DNA of 45,478 nucleotides from Burkholderiaceae bacterium. Lineage in GTDB: Bacteria; Pseudomonadota; Gammaproteobacteria; Burkholderiales; Burkholderiaceae_D. The notes beneath the pieces were generated by a model. It was not told the origin of the DNA and made no database searches. It was given only the letters and a program-made list of their open reading frames with translations. This document shows positions 1 to 8,628 of this stretch, piece by piece (the stretch's first letter is position 1; the number at the start of each line of letters is the position of its first letter). The stretch spans positions 1 through 45,478 of the forward strand of contig JAGSYW010000001.1 in the NCBI GenBank assembly GCA_018262475.1. Direction: 5' to 3'. The position numbers and the translations under genes are program-made.

Positions 1-402
1 CTCCTCCAGCATCCGGATGGTTTGCGAATTGACCGTCACACCCCGAATTTCCTCGATGTCGCCGCGCGTCACCGGCTGGTGATACGCGATGATGGCCAGA
101 ATCTCCAGCGTGGCGCGCGAATACCGCGGCGGCCGCTCCGGATTCAACCGATCCAGATACTTCTTCATCGACGGCTTGCTCTGGAAACGCCAGCCAGACG
201 ACAGTTCAACCAGTTCGATACCGCGATCCGTCCAGTCGGCGTGCAATGCATCCAGCGCCTCGCGAATCGCAGATGTGCCCAAAACGCCATCAACATCGCT
301 GACATCTTCAGCAAACAGTGCCTTCAAATCATTGAGCGACAACGGCTCAGACGCGCACAACAGCGCGGTTTCGAGGATCAGCTTCGCCTCAGCGGTATTC
401 AT
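1..402 (-). CDS. scpB: Segregation and condensation protein B (ScpB), 3' end cut by the window edge
   Basis: My own translation of the minus strand from the ATG at 400-402 gives [30 protein letters not shown]...[37 protein letters not shown], a typical ScpB winged-helix N-terminal region. It is missing from the ORF track because it runs off the window. Confidence 0.85.
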   Translation of the reverse strand, partial: MNTAEAKLILETALLCASEPLSLNDLKALFAEDVSDVDGVLGTSAIREALDALHADWTDRGIELVELSSGWRFQSKPSMKKYLDRLNPERPPRYSRATLEILAIIAYHQPVTRGDIEEIRGVTVNSQTIRMLEE

Positions 403-636
403 GCACGACGACCTGTATGACAAAGTTTTGCCGGAAAACACCCAGCGAACGGGCTCAACGCTTATTGCGCTTTCAGGAAATTCGCTGAAATTGCACTCGC
501 CACATCAGAAAGGCGATCATCGGGGATGAATGCCGCATGGCACGGGATACTGGCTTCCTTTTCAGTGATGGCCACTTCCGCCCCGGCCAGAACGGTATCC
601 AGCAATCAAGGATACCGGCTGGCGCTACATTGGCAC

Positions 637-670
637 CGCCCGGATGGGCGCTGCAACGCGCGTTTTTTTT
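637..670 (+). promoter_or_regulatory. Terminator-like structure in the mgtA 5' leader (possible attenuator)
   Basis: Two short overlapping hairpins that cannot both form: CGCCC-GGAT-GGGCG (637-650) and GCGC-TGCAAC-GCGC (648-661). The second is followed by T8 (663-670). It lies about 150 nt upstream of mgtA on the same strand, and no upstream + strand gene needs terminating. Confidence 0.4.
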
Positions 671-820
671 GCAAACGCACTAGATTGTACCTGAATATCG
701 GAACAGGTCATCCCCAACGCCGTTTTTTGTTGCAGCATTTGCGAAAGAGCAAGAAACGGCCGACAGAGCCGCCTACCATCATCGCCAACGGATCAATACT
801 GGCGCCACGCTGGTAAAGGA

Positions 821-3364
821 ATGATCATGGAACCGTTCGAAACCGATTTCTGGAACCTGCCAGCCGCGCAACTCTATGAGCGGCTTGATTCAGACATTAA
901 TGGACTGGACAACAAAGAAGCCAGTGAGCGCCTCGCACGCTTTGGGCCGAACCTGCTGAAGGTTCAGCGTGAGCGCGCACTGGTGCTGCAATACCTAGCG
1001 CATTTCAAGAATCCGCTGGTGATGATCCTGCTGGCCGCCAGCGCGATTTCCGCGCTGACTGGCGAAATCACCGGATTCATCATCATCTGGACCATCGTGC
1101 TGATGAGCGTCACGCTCGATTTCGTGCAGGAGCATCGCGCCAACCGCGCCGCCGAAAAACTCAAGCAGCAGGTCGCGGTCACGGCCAGTGTGCTGCGCGA
1201 CGGCCAGCCACACAACATTCCAATGGCGGAACTCGTTCCCGGCGACGTGGTGCAACTGTCCGCCGGCGATCTGATGCCGGCCGATTGCCACCTGCTCGAA
1301 GCAAAGGATTTTTTCGTCAACCAGGCGCTTTTAACCGGCGAATCATACCCGGTCGAAAAGCGCGCTGCCGATCTGTCTGCGCCAACCGAAGCGCTGGATG
1401 AAGCAACCAATGCTGTATTTATGGGCACCTCGGTTATCAGCGGCATCGGCAAGGCAATGGTCTGCCGCACCGGCAGCGATACCGCAGTTGGCCGCATCGC
1501 TGGTTCACTGCAAACCAAAGCGCCACAGACCGCATTCGAGCGCGGCTCGCACGACTTCGGCATGCTAATCATGCGGCTGACCGTGCTCCTGGTGCTGTTC
1601 GTTTTTCTGGTGAATGCATTGCTGCACCGTCCATTCATGGAATCCTTCCTGTTTGCGATTGCACTCGCCGTTGGGCTGACGCCGGAACTGCTGCCGATGG
1701 TGATCACCGTGACGCTATCTCGCGGCGCGATGCGGATGGCGAAGGAACATGTGATCGTCAAGCAGCTGATGGCGATCCAGAACCTAGGCAGCATGGATGT
1801 GCTGTGCACCGACAAGACCGGCACTCTGACCGAAGCGCACATCCGGCTGGTGCGTCATATGGATGCCGACGGTGACGAGAGCGAAGACGTACTGCAGTTC
1901 GCCTACCTGAACAGCCATTTTGAAAGCGGCATCAAAAGCCCGCTGGACGACGCGATACTCGACCACGAAACTATTGATATTACCGGCTGGAGCAAGATCG
2001 ACGAAGTGCCGTTCGATTTCGAGCGACGTCGGGTATCGGTGCTGCTGGAAAAGGAGGGCCAGCGGCTACTGGTGGTCAAGGGCGCGCCTGAAGACATCCT
2101 GCGGCTATCGACACAGCACGCGCCGAACCCAGAACATACAGCACAGCCACTGGACGACGCCGCACGTGCGGCCATCGACACGCTGCACGACAGCCTCGGT
2201 AGAGAAGGCTTCAAGGTGCTCGGCATCGCCTGGAAAACGGTTCCTCCTGATCACTCTCATGCCGTCGTCGACGATGAAACCGAACTGGTATTCGCCGGTT
2301 TCGCCGCCTTCCTCGATCCGCCGAAGGAAAGCGCCGGAAAGGCGTTCAAGGCGCTGGTTGCTGACGGCGTTCTGGTCAAGATTCTGACCGGCGATGGCGA
2401 GCTGGTCACGCGCCATATCTGCCAGCAGCTTAATATCCCGATCACTGGCGTTCTCAACGGCGGCGAAATCCAGCAGATGGATGACGTCTCCCTTGCTGTG
2501 CGCGTGCTAGAAGCGAACGTGATATGCCGTGTCACGCCTGCGCAAAAGAATCGCATCATCCTGCTGCTGAAATCACAGGGGCACACGGTCGGCTATCTCG
2601 GTGATGGCATCAATGACGCACCCTCACTGCACTCGGCCGATGTCGGCATATCGGTCGATTCGGCGGTCGATGTGGCCAAGGAATCGGCGAACATGATCCT
2701 GCTGCGCCAGGATCTGGGCGTGTTGCACGCTGGCGTCATAGAGGGCCGACGCACCTTCGCCAATATCATGAAATACATCATGATGGGCACCAGCTCGAAT
2801 TTCGGCAACATGTTCAGCATGGCCGGAGCCACGTTGTTTTTGCCTTTCCTGCCGATGCTGCCGGTGCAGATTCTGCTTAACAACCTGCTGTACGACGTAT
2901 CCGAACTGCCAATCCCGATGGATTCGGTCGACCGCGAATCCATCGCGCATCCGCGTCACTGGGATACCGGCTTCATTCGTAACTTCATGCTCGCCATCGG
3001 CCCGATCAGCTCGATCTTCGACTTCCTCACTTTCTGGCTGATGCTGAAAGTGTTCGACGCGACCGAATCGCTGTTCCAGACCGGGTGGTTTGTCGAATCT
3101 CTGGCAACGCAAGTGCTGGTGATCTTCATCATCCGCACCCGCGGCAACCCGTTCAAGAGCCGCCCGAGCCGCGCACTAATCGCCACCTCGCTCGCGGTCG
3201 TGCTCGCCGCCGCCATCCTGCCATTCACGCCGCTGGCCGCACTGCTCGGCTTCACCGCCCCGCCGCCGCTGTTCTACCTGCTGCTGCTGGGGATGTTGCT
3301 GTCTTACCTGTTTATCGTGCAAGGCGTAAAACGCTGGTTCTACCGGCGTTTTGCGTCTCATTGA
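821..3364 (+). CDS. mgtA: Mg2+-importing P-type ATPase (MgtA/MgtB type)
   Basis: 847-aa ORF with the P-type signatures TGES, DKTGTLT (phosphorylation site) and GDGINDAP, plus the C-terminal membrane domain typical of the MgtA subfamily. An alternative ATG at 827 sits at a better distance from the AAGGA SD motif. Confidence 0.9.
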   Translation: MIMEPFETDFWNLPAAQLYERLDSDINGLDNKEASERLARFGPNLLKVQRERALVLQYLAHFKNPLVMILLAASAISALTGEITGFIIIWTIVLMSVTLDFVQEHRANRAAEKLKQQVAVTASVLRDGQPHNIPMAELVPGDVVQLSAGDLMPADCHLLEAKDFFVNQALLTGESYPVEKRAADLSAPTEALDEATNAVFMGTSVISGIGKAMVCRTGSDTAVGRIAGSLQTKAPQTAFERGSHDFGMLIMRLTVLLVLFVFLVNALLHRPFMESFLFAIALAVGLTPELLPMVITVTLSRGAMRMAKEHVIVKQLMAIQNLGSMDVLCTDKTGTLTEAHIRLVRHMDADGDESEDVLQFAYLNSHFESGIKSPLDDAILDHETIDITGWSKIDEVPFDFERRRVSVLLEKEGQRLLVVKGAPEDILRLSTQHAPNPEHTAQPLDDAARAAIDTLHDSLGREGFKVLGIAWKTVPPDHSHAVVDDETELVFAGFAAFLDPPKESAGKAFKALVADGVLVKILTGDGELVTRHICQQLNIPITGVLNGGEIQQMDDVSLAVRVLEANVICRVTPAQKNRIILLLKSQGHTVGYLGDGINDAPSLHSADVGISVDSAVDVAKESANMILLRQDLGVLHAGVIEGRRTFANIMKYIMMGTSSNFGNMFSMAGATLFLPFLPMLPVQILLNNLLYDVSELPIPMDSVDRESIAHPRHWDTGFIRNFMLAIGPISSIFDFLTFWLMLKVFDATESLFQTGWFVESLATQVLVIFIIRTRGNPFKSRPSRALIATSLAVVLAAAILPFTPLAALLGFTAPPPLFYLLLLGMLLSYLFIVQGVKRWFYRRFASH

Positions 3365-3507
3365 TCGTATCCAGCAATCAAACAGCTTGAATACCGGCGC
3401 ATGACATGCGTTCACAGCTAACAGCACCAAACTGGACAGCATGGCTACAATCGGATTTAATCATTGTACGAATGCCATCCATCACTTCACCCAACCGGAA
3501 ATCATCC

Positions 3508-4011
3508 ATGAAACTTCGCCTGCTGCTCGCTGCTGCGCTGTTAATCGCATCAAACGCGTTCGCCGCGCCGCCAACGACCGAATCGGTCGAGCAAATGTTC
3601 TCACTGACCAAAACCGAGTCCATCATGAATACGCTTTATGCCAATCTGGACAACGTGATGCGCAGCGCTATCAACGAATCGCTCAAGGGACAGAAACTGA
3701 CGCCAAAACAGCAGCGGGCGCTCAATGCCTTGCCTGCGAGGATGGCGCAGGTTATCCGGGAAGAATTTTCATGGGACAAACTCAAGCCGGTCTACCTGAA
3801 AATTTACCAGGAAAGCTTCACACAGGAAGAAATAGACGGTCTGATCGCGTTCTACCAAAGCCCTGCGGGGGTAGCACTGGTCAACAAGATGCCCATCGTG
3901 ATGCAAAAATCAATGGCCGCAACACAAGCCCAGCTCGCACCGATGATGGCAAAAATGAAGGCTGCGCTCGACAAGGCTGTGGCAGAAATCGAGAACGAAT
4001 GCAATGAATGA
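3508..4011 (+). CDS. Secreted DUF2059-family protein
   Basis: Internal ATG at 3508 gives the signal peptide MKLRLLLAAALLIASNAFA. FTQEEIDGLIAFYQSPAGVALVNKMP resembles the DUF2059 core. Confidence 0.75.
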   Translation: MKLRLLLAAALLIASNAFAAPPTTESVEQMFSLTKTESIMNTLYANLDNVMRSAINESLKGQKLTPKQQRALNALPARMAQVIREEFSWDKLKPVYLKIYQESFTQEEIDGLIAFYQSPAGVALVNKMPIVMQKSMAATQAQLAPMMAKMKAALDKAVAEIENECNE

Positions 4012-4075
4012 GGCCTGCGGATTTCAACCTATTCTGACTTGCCAAATCTCTCGCCGGCCAACCAAGGACTCACCT

Positions 4076-4495
4076 ATGCTGCGCACCCTTCTGTTACTAC
4101 TGTTTATCTTGCCATCGCTTTCGCTGGCGGCCGAATCCTCATGCCTCGAATACGAACCTGCCGAAGTGACGCTGACGGGCAAGCTTAAGCGCTACACCTT
4201 CCCCGGCCCACCAAACTTCGAGAGCGTGGCCAAAGGCGACATGGCTGAAACCGGCTATTACCTGCAGCTGAAAAAAGCGGTGTGCATAAATGGCAATCCG
4301 GATTCGGCCGATGCCTATCCGCAAAAGAATGTCAGTTTCGTGCAGCTGTTCCTTTCGCCACAGCAAATCAAGAAGCTCAAACCTTGGCTAGGCAAGGCAA
4401 TCAGCCTGAAAGGGACTCTGTTCGCGCGCCACACCGGGCACCATCATGCGCCGCTGATCCTCAAACCAGCCGAACCTGAGGAACAGAAGCGCTGA
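4076..4495 (+). CDS. Secreted DUF4431-like protein
   Basis: ATG at 4076 gives the signal peptide MLRTLLLLLFILPSLSLA. LTGKLKRYTFPGPPNFESVAKGD resembles DUF4431. Confidence 0.65.
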   Translation: MLRTLLLLLFILPSLSLAAESSCLEYEPAEVTLTGKLKRYTFPGPPNFESVAKGDMAETGYYLQLKKAVCINGNPDSADAYPQKNVSFVQLFLSPQQIKKLKPWLGKAISLKGTLFARHTGHHHAPLILKPAEPEEQKR

Positions 4496-4504
4496 GTGTT
4501 TTTT

Positions 4505-4633
4505 GCCCAGGGCTGGCGAAAGCGTGGCTTCAGCCAGCTTTTCGCCATTTTTAAGCCCCAAACATACTTCCTAGTGTATTCAAAAACAGCCCCTTAGTAT
4601 GAGGCCCCAAAAGGTGATTTCTGCACATACCCC
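4505..4633 (-). repeat. Dispersed ~115-nt repeat, copy 5 (reverse orientation, different 3' module)
   Basis: The reverse complement reads GGGGTATGTGCAGAAATCACCTTTTGGGGCCTCATACTAAGGGGCTGTTTTTGAATACACTAGGAAGTATGTTTGGGGCTTAAAAATGGCG... It shares the GGGGTAT start, GGCC, CTGTTTTT-AATAC-N-GTAT-TTT core with the other copies. Confidence 0.6.
4514..4552 (+). terminator. Intrinsic terminator after the DUF4431-like gene
   Basis: Long stem TGGCGAAAGC...GCTTTTCGCCA with an inner TGGC-TTCA-GCCA hairpin, followed by T5 (4548-4552). Confidence 0.65.
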
Positions 4634-4646
4634 AGCAAAACCCGTT

Positions 4647-5678
4647 TTACAGCCATTCGCTACGCTTGAAACGCCGGTAAAGGTAAACACAGCCAGCCAC
4701 CACGAACGCCACGCTGGCAGGGTATGCCAGCGGCCAGTCGAGTTCCGGCATGTGCTTGAAATTCATGCCGTACATACTGAACACCATGGTCGGAATCGCC
4801 AGAATCGCGCCCCAGCTGGCAAGCTTTTTCACGATTTCATTTTGGCCGATGGCAATCATCGCTAGATCCACCTGCATCGCCGCCGTCACCATATCGCGCA
4901 TGTTGTCGATCGATTCGTTCAGCCGCAGCACATGGTCGTAAATGTCGCGGAAATAAACGCGGCTTTCGCGCGGGATGATATCGGTGTGAAAACGCATCAG
5001 CGCATTGCAGATATCCAGCAGCGGCAGGACGGCATTACGCAGCAATAGCAACTGGCGCTTGAGGTCATACAACTGCTGCAGGCATTCACTGCTGAAGCGA
5101 GCACTGAACAGTTCGTCTTCCAGCGTGCCCAGCCTTGCTTCCATCGCATCCACAATCGGACGGTAATTATCCACCACAAAATCTATCAGCGCATACATCG
5201 CGAAGGCCGGCCCCTCGGACATCTGTTCCTGCATCTTTTCGCAACGCTCATGCACCCGCGCATAGCTTTGCGAATGACCGCGCCGCACCGACACCAGGAA
5301 ACGGTGGCCAAGAAAAAGGTGGGTTTCACCAAATTGCAGCGTTCCACTTTCCTTGCACAGTTGCGCTGTGCGCAACACGACGAACACAGTGTCGCCGTAC
5401 TCCTCCAGCTTTGGCCGCTGGTGCGCAGCATTTGCGTCATCGATCGCTAGCTGGTGCAGACCGAATTCTTCCTGCAGTTTGGGCAACAGGTGCAAATCAG
5501 CTTCATGCAGGCCAACCCAAATGAATGCATCTTCACGCAGCAGGTAATCACTGATTTCATCCAGCGTGATGTTGGCCAGTTTTTTGCCATACAGATAGGC
5601 AGCGCAATATACGCCTAAACGAGTAGTGGCTGCGGACTCGCCACTCTCTCCTTCTCTGGAAAGATATACTTCGGTCAT
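4647..5678 (-). CDS. corA: CorA-family Mg2+/Co2+ transporter
   Basis: 343 aa with the GMNF signature (YGMNFKHMPEL) before the last transmembrane (TM) helix. ATG at 5676-5678 is preceded by GAGGA. Confidence 0.9.
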   Translation of the reverse strand: MTEVYLSREGESGESAATTRLGVYCAAYLYGKKLANITLDEISDYLLREDAFIWVGLHEADLHLLPKLQEEFGLHQLAIDDANAAHQRPKLEEYGDTVFVVLRTAQLCKESGTLQFGETHLFLGHRFLVSVRRGHSQSYARVHERCEKMQEQMSEGPAFAMYALIDFVVDNYRPIVDAMEARLGTLEDELFSARFSSECLQQLYDLKRQLLLLRNAVLPLLDICNALMRFHTDIIPRESRVYFRDIYDHVLRLNESIDNMRDMVTAAMQVDLAMIAIGQNEIVKKLASWGAILAIPTMVFSMYGMNFKHMPELDWPLAYPASVAFVVAGCVYLYRRFKRSEWL

Positions 5679-5704
5679 CGGCTATCCTCGTTCAGGATTT
5701 CAGC

Positions 5705-5729
5705 GCAAATAAGCACCAATAAATGGTGC
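5705..5729 (-). terminator. Hairpin plus T-rich tail downstream of the GAF-GGDEF gene, inside the corA leader
   Basis: On the minus strand, GCACCA-TTTAT-TGGTGC is followed by TTATTTG. Confidence 0.4.
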
Positions 5730-5835
5730 CTCAATACGATTGAAAATGAAAATTTTCAACAGCAACAACAGCACGCAAACTGTCAAACGATTAATGTTTG
5801 GCAGAACCGTTTTGATCATAGAAAGCCGTCGAATA

Positions 5836-7056
5836 CTAGCAAACGGGGCGAGGCAGCACCTCATGAAACTGGCTGACGGATGATTCCGATTGGACTGAAG
5901 CCTTGCCCTCAGCAACTGGCAGTGCAAACACCAGATCTTCCGGCCTTTGTTCTGACATGGCAGATTCTTCTACTTCAGCCGACACATCAGATTCTTCGAA
6001 CACCGCAGATTCTTCCTTTTCTTCTGGCACTGGGTGCTGAAGTATGGCGCACCGCGATTCCTTCAAACGGTTTCCTGCCAACTCCACCATCTTTTCGATC
6101 GACATATCTTCGGCTGAAAATTCGGAGCTGTCGGCAATACCGTGGCTGAAGGCGAGCTCCATCTCCTGTCCCTGAAAGTTGAAAGCATGTTCCTTAAGCA
6201 TGGCAGCTATCCGCTTGAACAGGTAGCCGGCTTCGTGTGCATCCTCATTAACTGAAACGAGGATGAATTGATTTTCGCTGTAACGTCCGACCAGATCATA
6301 CGGACGAATCGATTTGCCAAGGATCGAGGCCAACTCCTTCAACATGGCAGTTGCCGCATCCTGTCCGTAGTACAGGCTTATACTGTCAAAATCTTCGACC
6401 TCAAGCAGGCAAACGCAGAAATTGCGTCCCAAACGCGCATACTCTGCATCGAAGCCCACCAACCGGTCAAAAACATAGCGTTCGCTGTAGATTCCTGTGT
6501 ATGCATCACGAATTGAGCTTTCTGCAGCGGACTGGGCATATTCGGCTTTTTCTTCCCTAAACTGATCGCGCATCAATTCGCGCTCGCAAAATGCCGAAAC
6601 CAGAGCTGATGCTGCCTTCAGCAAGGCTGTTTCCTCAGCGCTCCAGTAGCGTTCATACCAGCAGGTGTCAAACGCGGAAAAACCAGCTATCTCATCATCA
6701 ATTATGATGGGCCAGACCTGCAATGAGCGGATATTGTGCTGCTCGTAAACCGGACGCAATTCATCCGGAAGCACAGCCACGTCAGACGCAATGATCTGCG
6801 CATCCCGCATCAGCAGGCGCTTGAGGGAAGCGTAAGCGGTATATGGGACATCCTGCATCCACTGCTGCAGCACACCCTCGGCACACCATTCATGGATGTA
6901 ACCCATTGTGGCGCGTTCCTCGCCTTCAAAAAAGACATAGGCGCGAGAAAGTTGCAAGCCTGTGCAAAGCGTTTTCAGAACCTTGCTCAAGCGCTCGCCC
7001 AGCCCATCTTGACTCACTAGTGCCAGCGCCACCTCGGACAACAGTTCAGAATTCAT
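5836..7056 (-). CDS. GAF domain protein with a degenerate GGDEF domain (SENQF in place of GGDEF, RxxD I-site retained)
   Basis: 406 aa. The N-terminal region looks like GAF. The GGDEF-fold region runs DAYTGIYSERY...RPYDLVGRYSENQFILVS. ATG at 7054-7056 is preceded by AAGGAG. Confidence 0.85.
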   Translation of the reverse strand: MNSELLSEVALALVSQDGLGERLSKVLKTLCTGLQLSRAYVFFEGEERATMGYIHEWCAEGVLQQWMQDVPYTAYASLKRLLMRDAQIIASDVAVLPDELRPVYEQHNIRSLQVWPIIIDDEIAGFSAFDTCWYERYWSAEETALLKAASALVSAFCERELMRDQFREEKAEYAQSAAESSIRDAYTGIYSERYVFDRLVGFDAEYARLGRNFCVCLLEVEDFDSISLYYGQDAATAMLKELASILGKSIRPYDLVGRYSENQFILVSVNEDAHEAGYLFKRIAAMLKEHAFNFQGQEMELAFSHGIADSSEFSAEDMSIEKMVELAGNRLKESRCAILQHPVPEEKEESAVFEESDVSAEVEESAMSEQRPEDLVFALPVAEGKASVQSESSVSQFHEVLPRPVC

Positions 7057-7209
7057 CGCGGTCTCCTTGGCCGATCCATCCTGCTAGGGAATTGTATGCT
7101 GGAAGCTTGTGCGACCGAAGGCCGGCGTTGCGATATCCAGACAAAGCGGTGTTTGGGAAATAAGATGCCACGAGGAATTATCTTGACCAGCAGCAGACAG
7201 GCAAGCAAC

Positions 7210-7413
7210 TCACAGCAAATCGCGGCGCACACACTCCTTGTGCAGTTCTTCCTGCGACCAGTTGTTGTAGCCGATGAAACCTTCCATCATCATCGTGGCC
7301 AGTGCAATCTTGGCGGCATCCGAGGTACGGATGTAAGCGACAAAGTATTCGATGTCGTAAGCCACCAGATTTCTGATCAGGACATCCTTCGCAGTCGCCA
7401 GTTCATTACTCAT
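7210..7413 (-). CDS. Hypothetical small protein (67 aa)
   Basis: ATG preceded by GGAGG. Codon pattern looks protein-like. I recognise no family. Confidence 0.5.
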   Translation of the reverse strand: MSNELATAKDVLIRNLVAYDIEYFVAYIRTSDAAKIALATMMMEGFIGYNNWSQEELHKECVRRDLL

Positions 7414-7485
7414 TTAGCCTCCAGATGGCAACGCGAAAGCGCACAGGTTGCCGTCCGCATTGCCTCAAACAGCATCACAGCCGCC

Positions 7486-7638
7486 TCAATCTTCGGTGAG
7501 GTCAAGGCGGTCGAAAGTTTCGACCACATCCGGATCGGATACCAATTGCGCCTCATCCCTAGATATCTTGACCCAGCGCTCACCGCTGATCGGGTCAAGA
7601 AATTCTTCACCAATTCTGACAAACTGAAAATTCTGCAT
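7486..7638 (-). CDS. Hypothetical small acidic protein (50 aa)
   Basis: Internal ATG at 7636-7638 is preceded by GAAGGAAG. Translation MQNFQFVRIGEEFLDPISGERWVKISRDEAQLVSDPDVVETFDRLDLTED. I recognise no family. Confidence 0.45.
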   Translation of the reverse strand: MQNFQFVRIGEEFLDPISGERWVKISRDEAQLVSDPDVVETFDRLDLTED

Positions 7639-7708
7639 GGTTCTTCCTTCAAATACGTAACGCAGGTTGAATTTTACCGCAGCGGGTGCGTGCCACACCC
7701 GGCTTCAA

Positions 7709-8290
7709 CTACCGCAGCACCTGTGCCAGATGCACGCGGTAACGGACGACATCGCTGTCGATCGCTGGCTGCTTCATCACATCGTTGCACATGAAGGTCG
7801 GCAGCGGCGAAAGCCCGATGAACTGGTTGGCCTTGTGGAACGGGAAGTAGACAGCATCTACCCCCTTGCCTTCGAAAAATTCCGCCGGATCAGTAAAGGC
7901 TTCCGCCGGCGCGTTCCACGTCACCGACAGCATGTAGGTCTTGCCTTGCAACATGCCGCCCTTGCCGTAATTCTTGCCCGGCGCAGTGCGCGTGCGGCCA
8001 TCATCGCGGAACAGCTTGCCGTGGCCGGCGGTGAACACTTCATCCATGTATTTTTTCAATATCCACGGCTCGCCCATCCACCATGCCGGCATCTGGTAAA
8101 TGATCGTGTCAGCCCACAGGTACTTGCCGATCTCGTCTTCAATATCGTAGCCCTGAGCGACATGGGTCACCTTGACCGCATGACCGGCCTGAACCAGCGC
8201 CTGCTGCGCCACGTCGGCAAGAAAAGTATTCAACTTGCCGCCAGAATGGCCAAACTCTTTGGCGGCATTGACGATCAATACGTTTTTCAT
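7709..8290 (-). CDS. mdaB: NAD(P)H:quinone oxidoreductase MdaB (flavodoxin-like fold)
   Basis: MKNVLIVNAAKEFGHSGGKLN...WQ/YQMPAWWMGEPW...GKTYMLSVTWNAP...PFHKANQF aligns along its whole length with E. coli MdaB as I remember it. ATG at 8288-8290 follows TAAGGAGG. Confidence 0.85.
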   Translation of the reverse strand: MKNVLIVNAAKEFGHSGGKLNTFLADVAQQALVQAGHAVKVTHVAQGYDIEDEIGKYLWADTIIYQMPAWWMGEPWILKKYMDEVFTAGHGKLFRDDGRTRTAPGKNYGKGGMLQGKTYMLSVTWNAPAEAFTDPAEFFEGKGVDAVYFPFHKANQFIGLSPLPTFMCNDVMKQPAIDSDVVRYRVHLAQVLR

Positions 8291-8362
8291 GCGAACCTCC
8301 TTATGAATGACTTTCAACGGTCAAGTTCGTCACTGCACGATGCGACGTGGCGCCTGCTCAAT

Positions 8363-8626
8363 TCACGGATTGTTTGCTGGCGGCGACAGCACGATGTTGA
8401 CATCAAGCACATCCATGTCGCCGTGCCGGTCGCGCGAAATCTTGATGTCTTCCGGCGAAACAGGAACGTACTTCGTGATCACGGCAATCAGATCGCGATG
8501 CAAGTCCTGCAGATAATCCGGCGTCGAACGGTCACTGTGCTCCCGCGCGATGACGATCTGCAGCCGCTCTTTCGCCTGACTGGCAGATGATACCTTCTTG
8601 GGAAAGAAAAATGAAAACAATGACAT
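8363..8626 (-). CDS. minE: Cell division topological specificity factor MinE
   Basis: MSLFSFFFPKK...AKERLQIVIA is a typical MinE N-terminus. It follows minD directly. An alternative ATG lies at 8632. Confidence 0.9.
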   Translation of the reverse strand: MSLFSFFFPKKVSSASQAKERLQIVIAREHSDRSTPDYLQDLHRDLIAVITKYVPVSPEDIKISRDRHGDMDVLDVNIVLSPPANNP

Positions 8627-8628
8627 AG

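Noticed and set aside
526-816. 96-aa ORF filling the mgtA leader and ending 4 nt before the mgtA ATG. Considered as a leader peptide.
   Set aside because: It is far longer than known leader peptides, runs straight through the T8 terminator-like element, has no SD motif and does not look like a protein. I keep the region only as a possible RNA leader.
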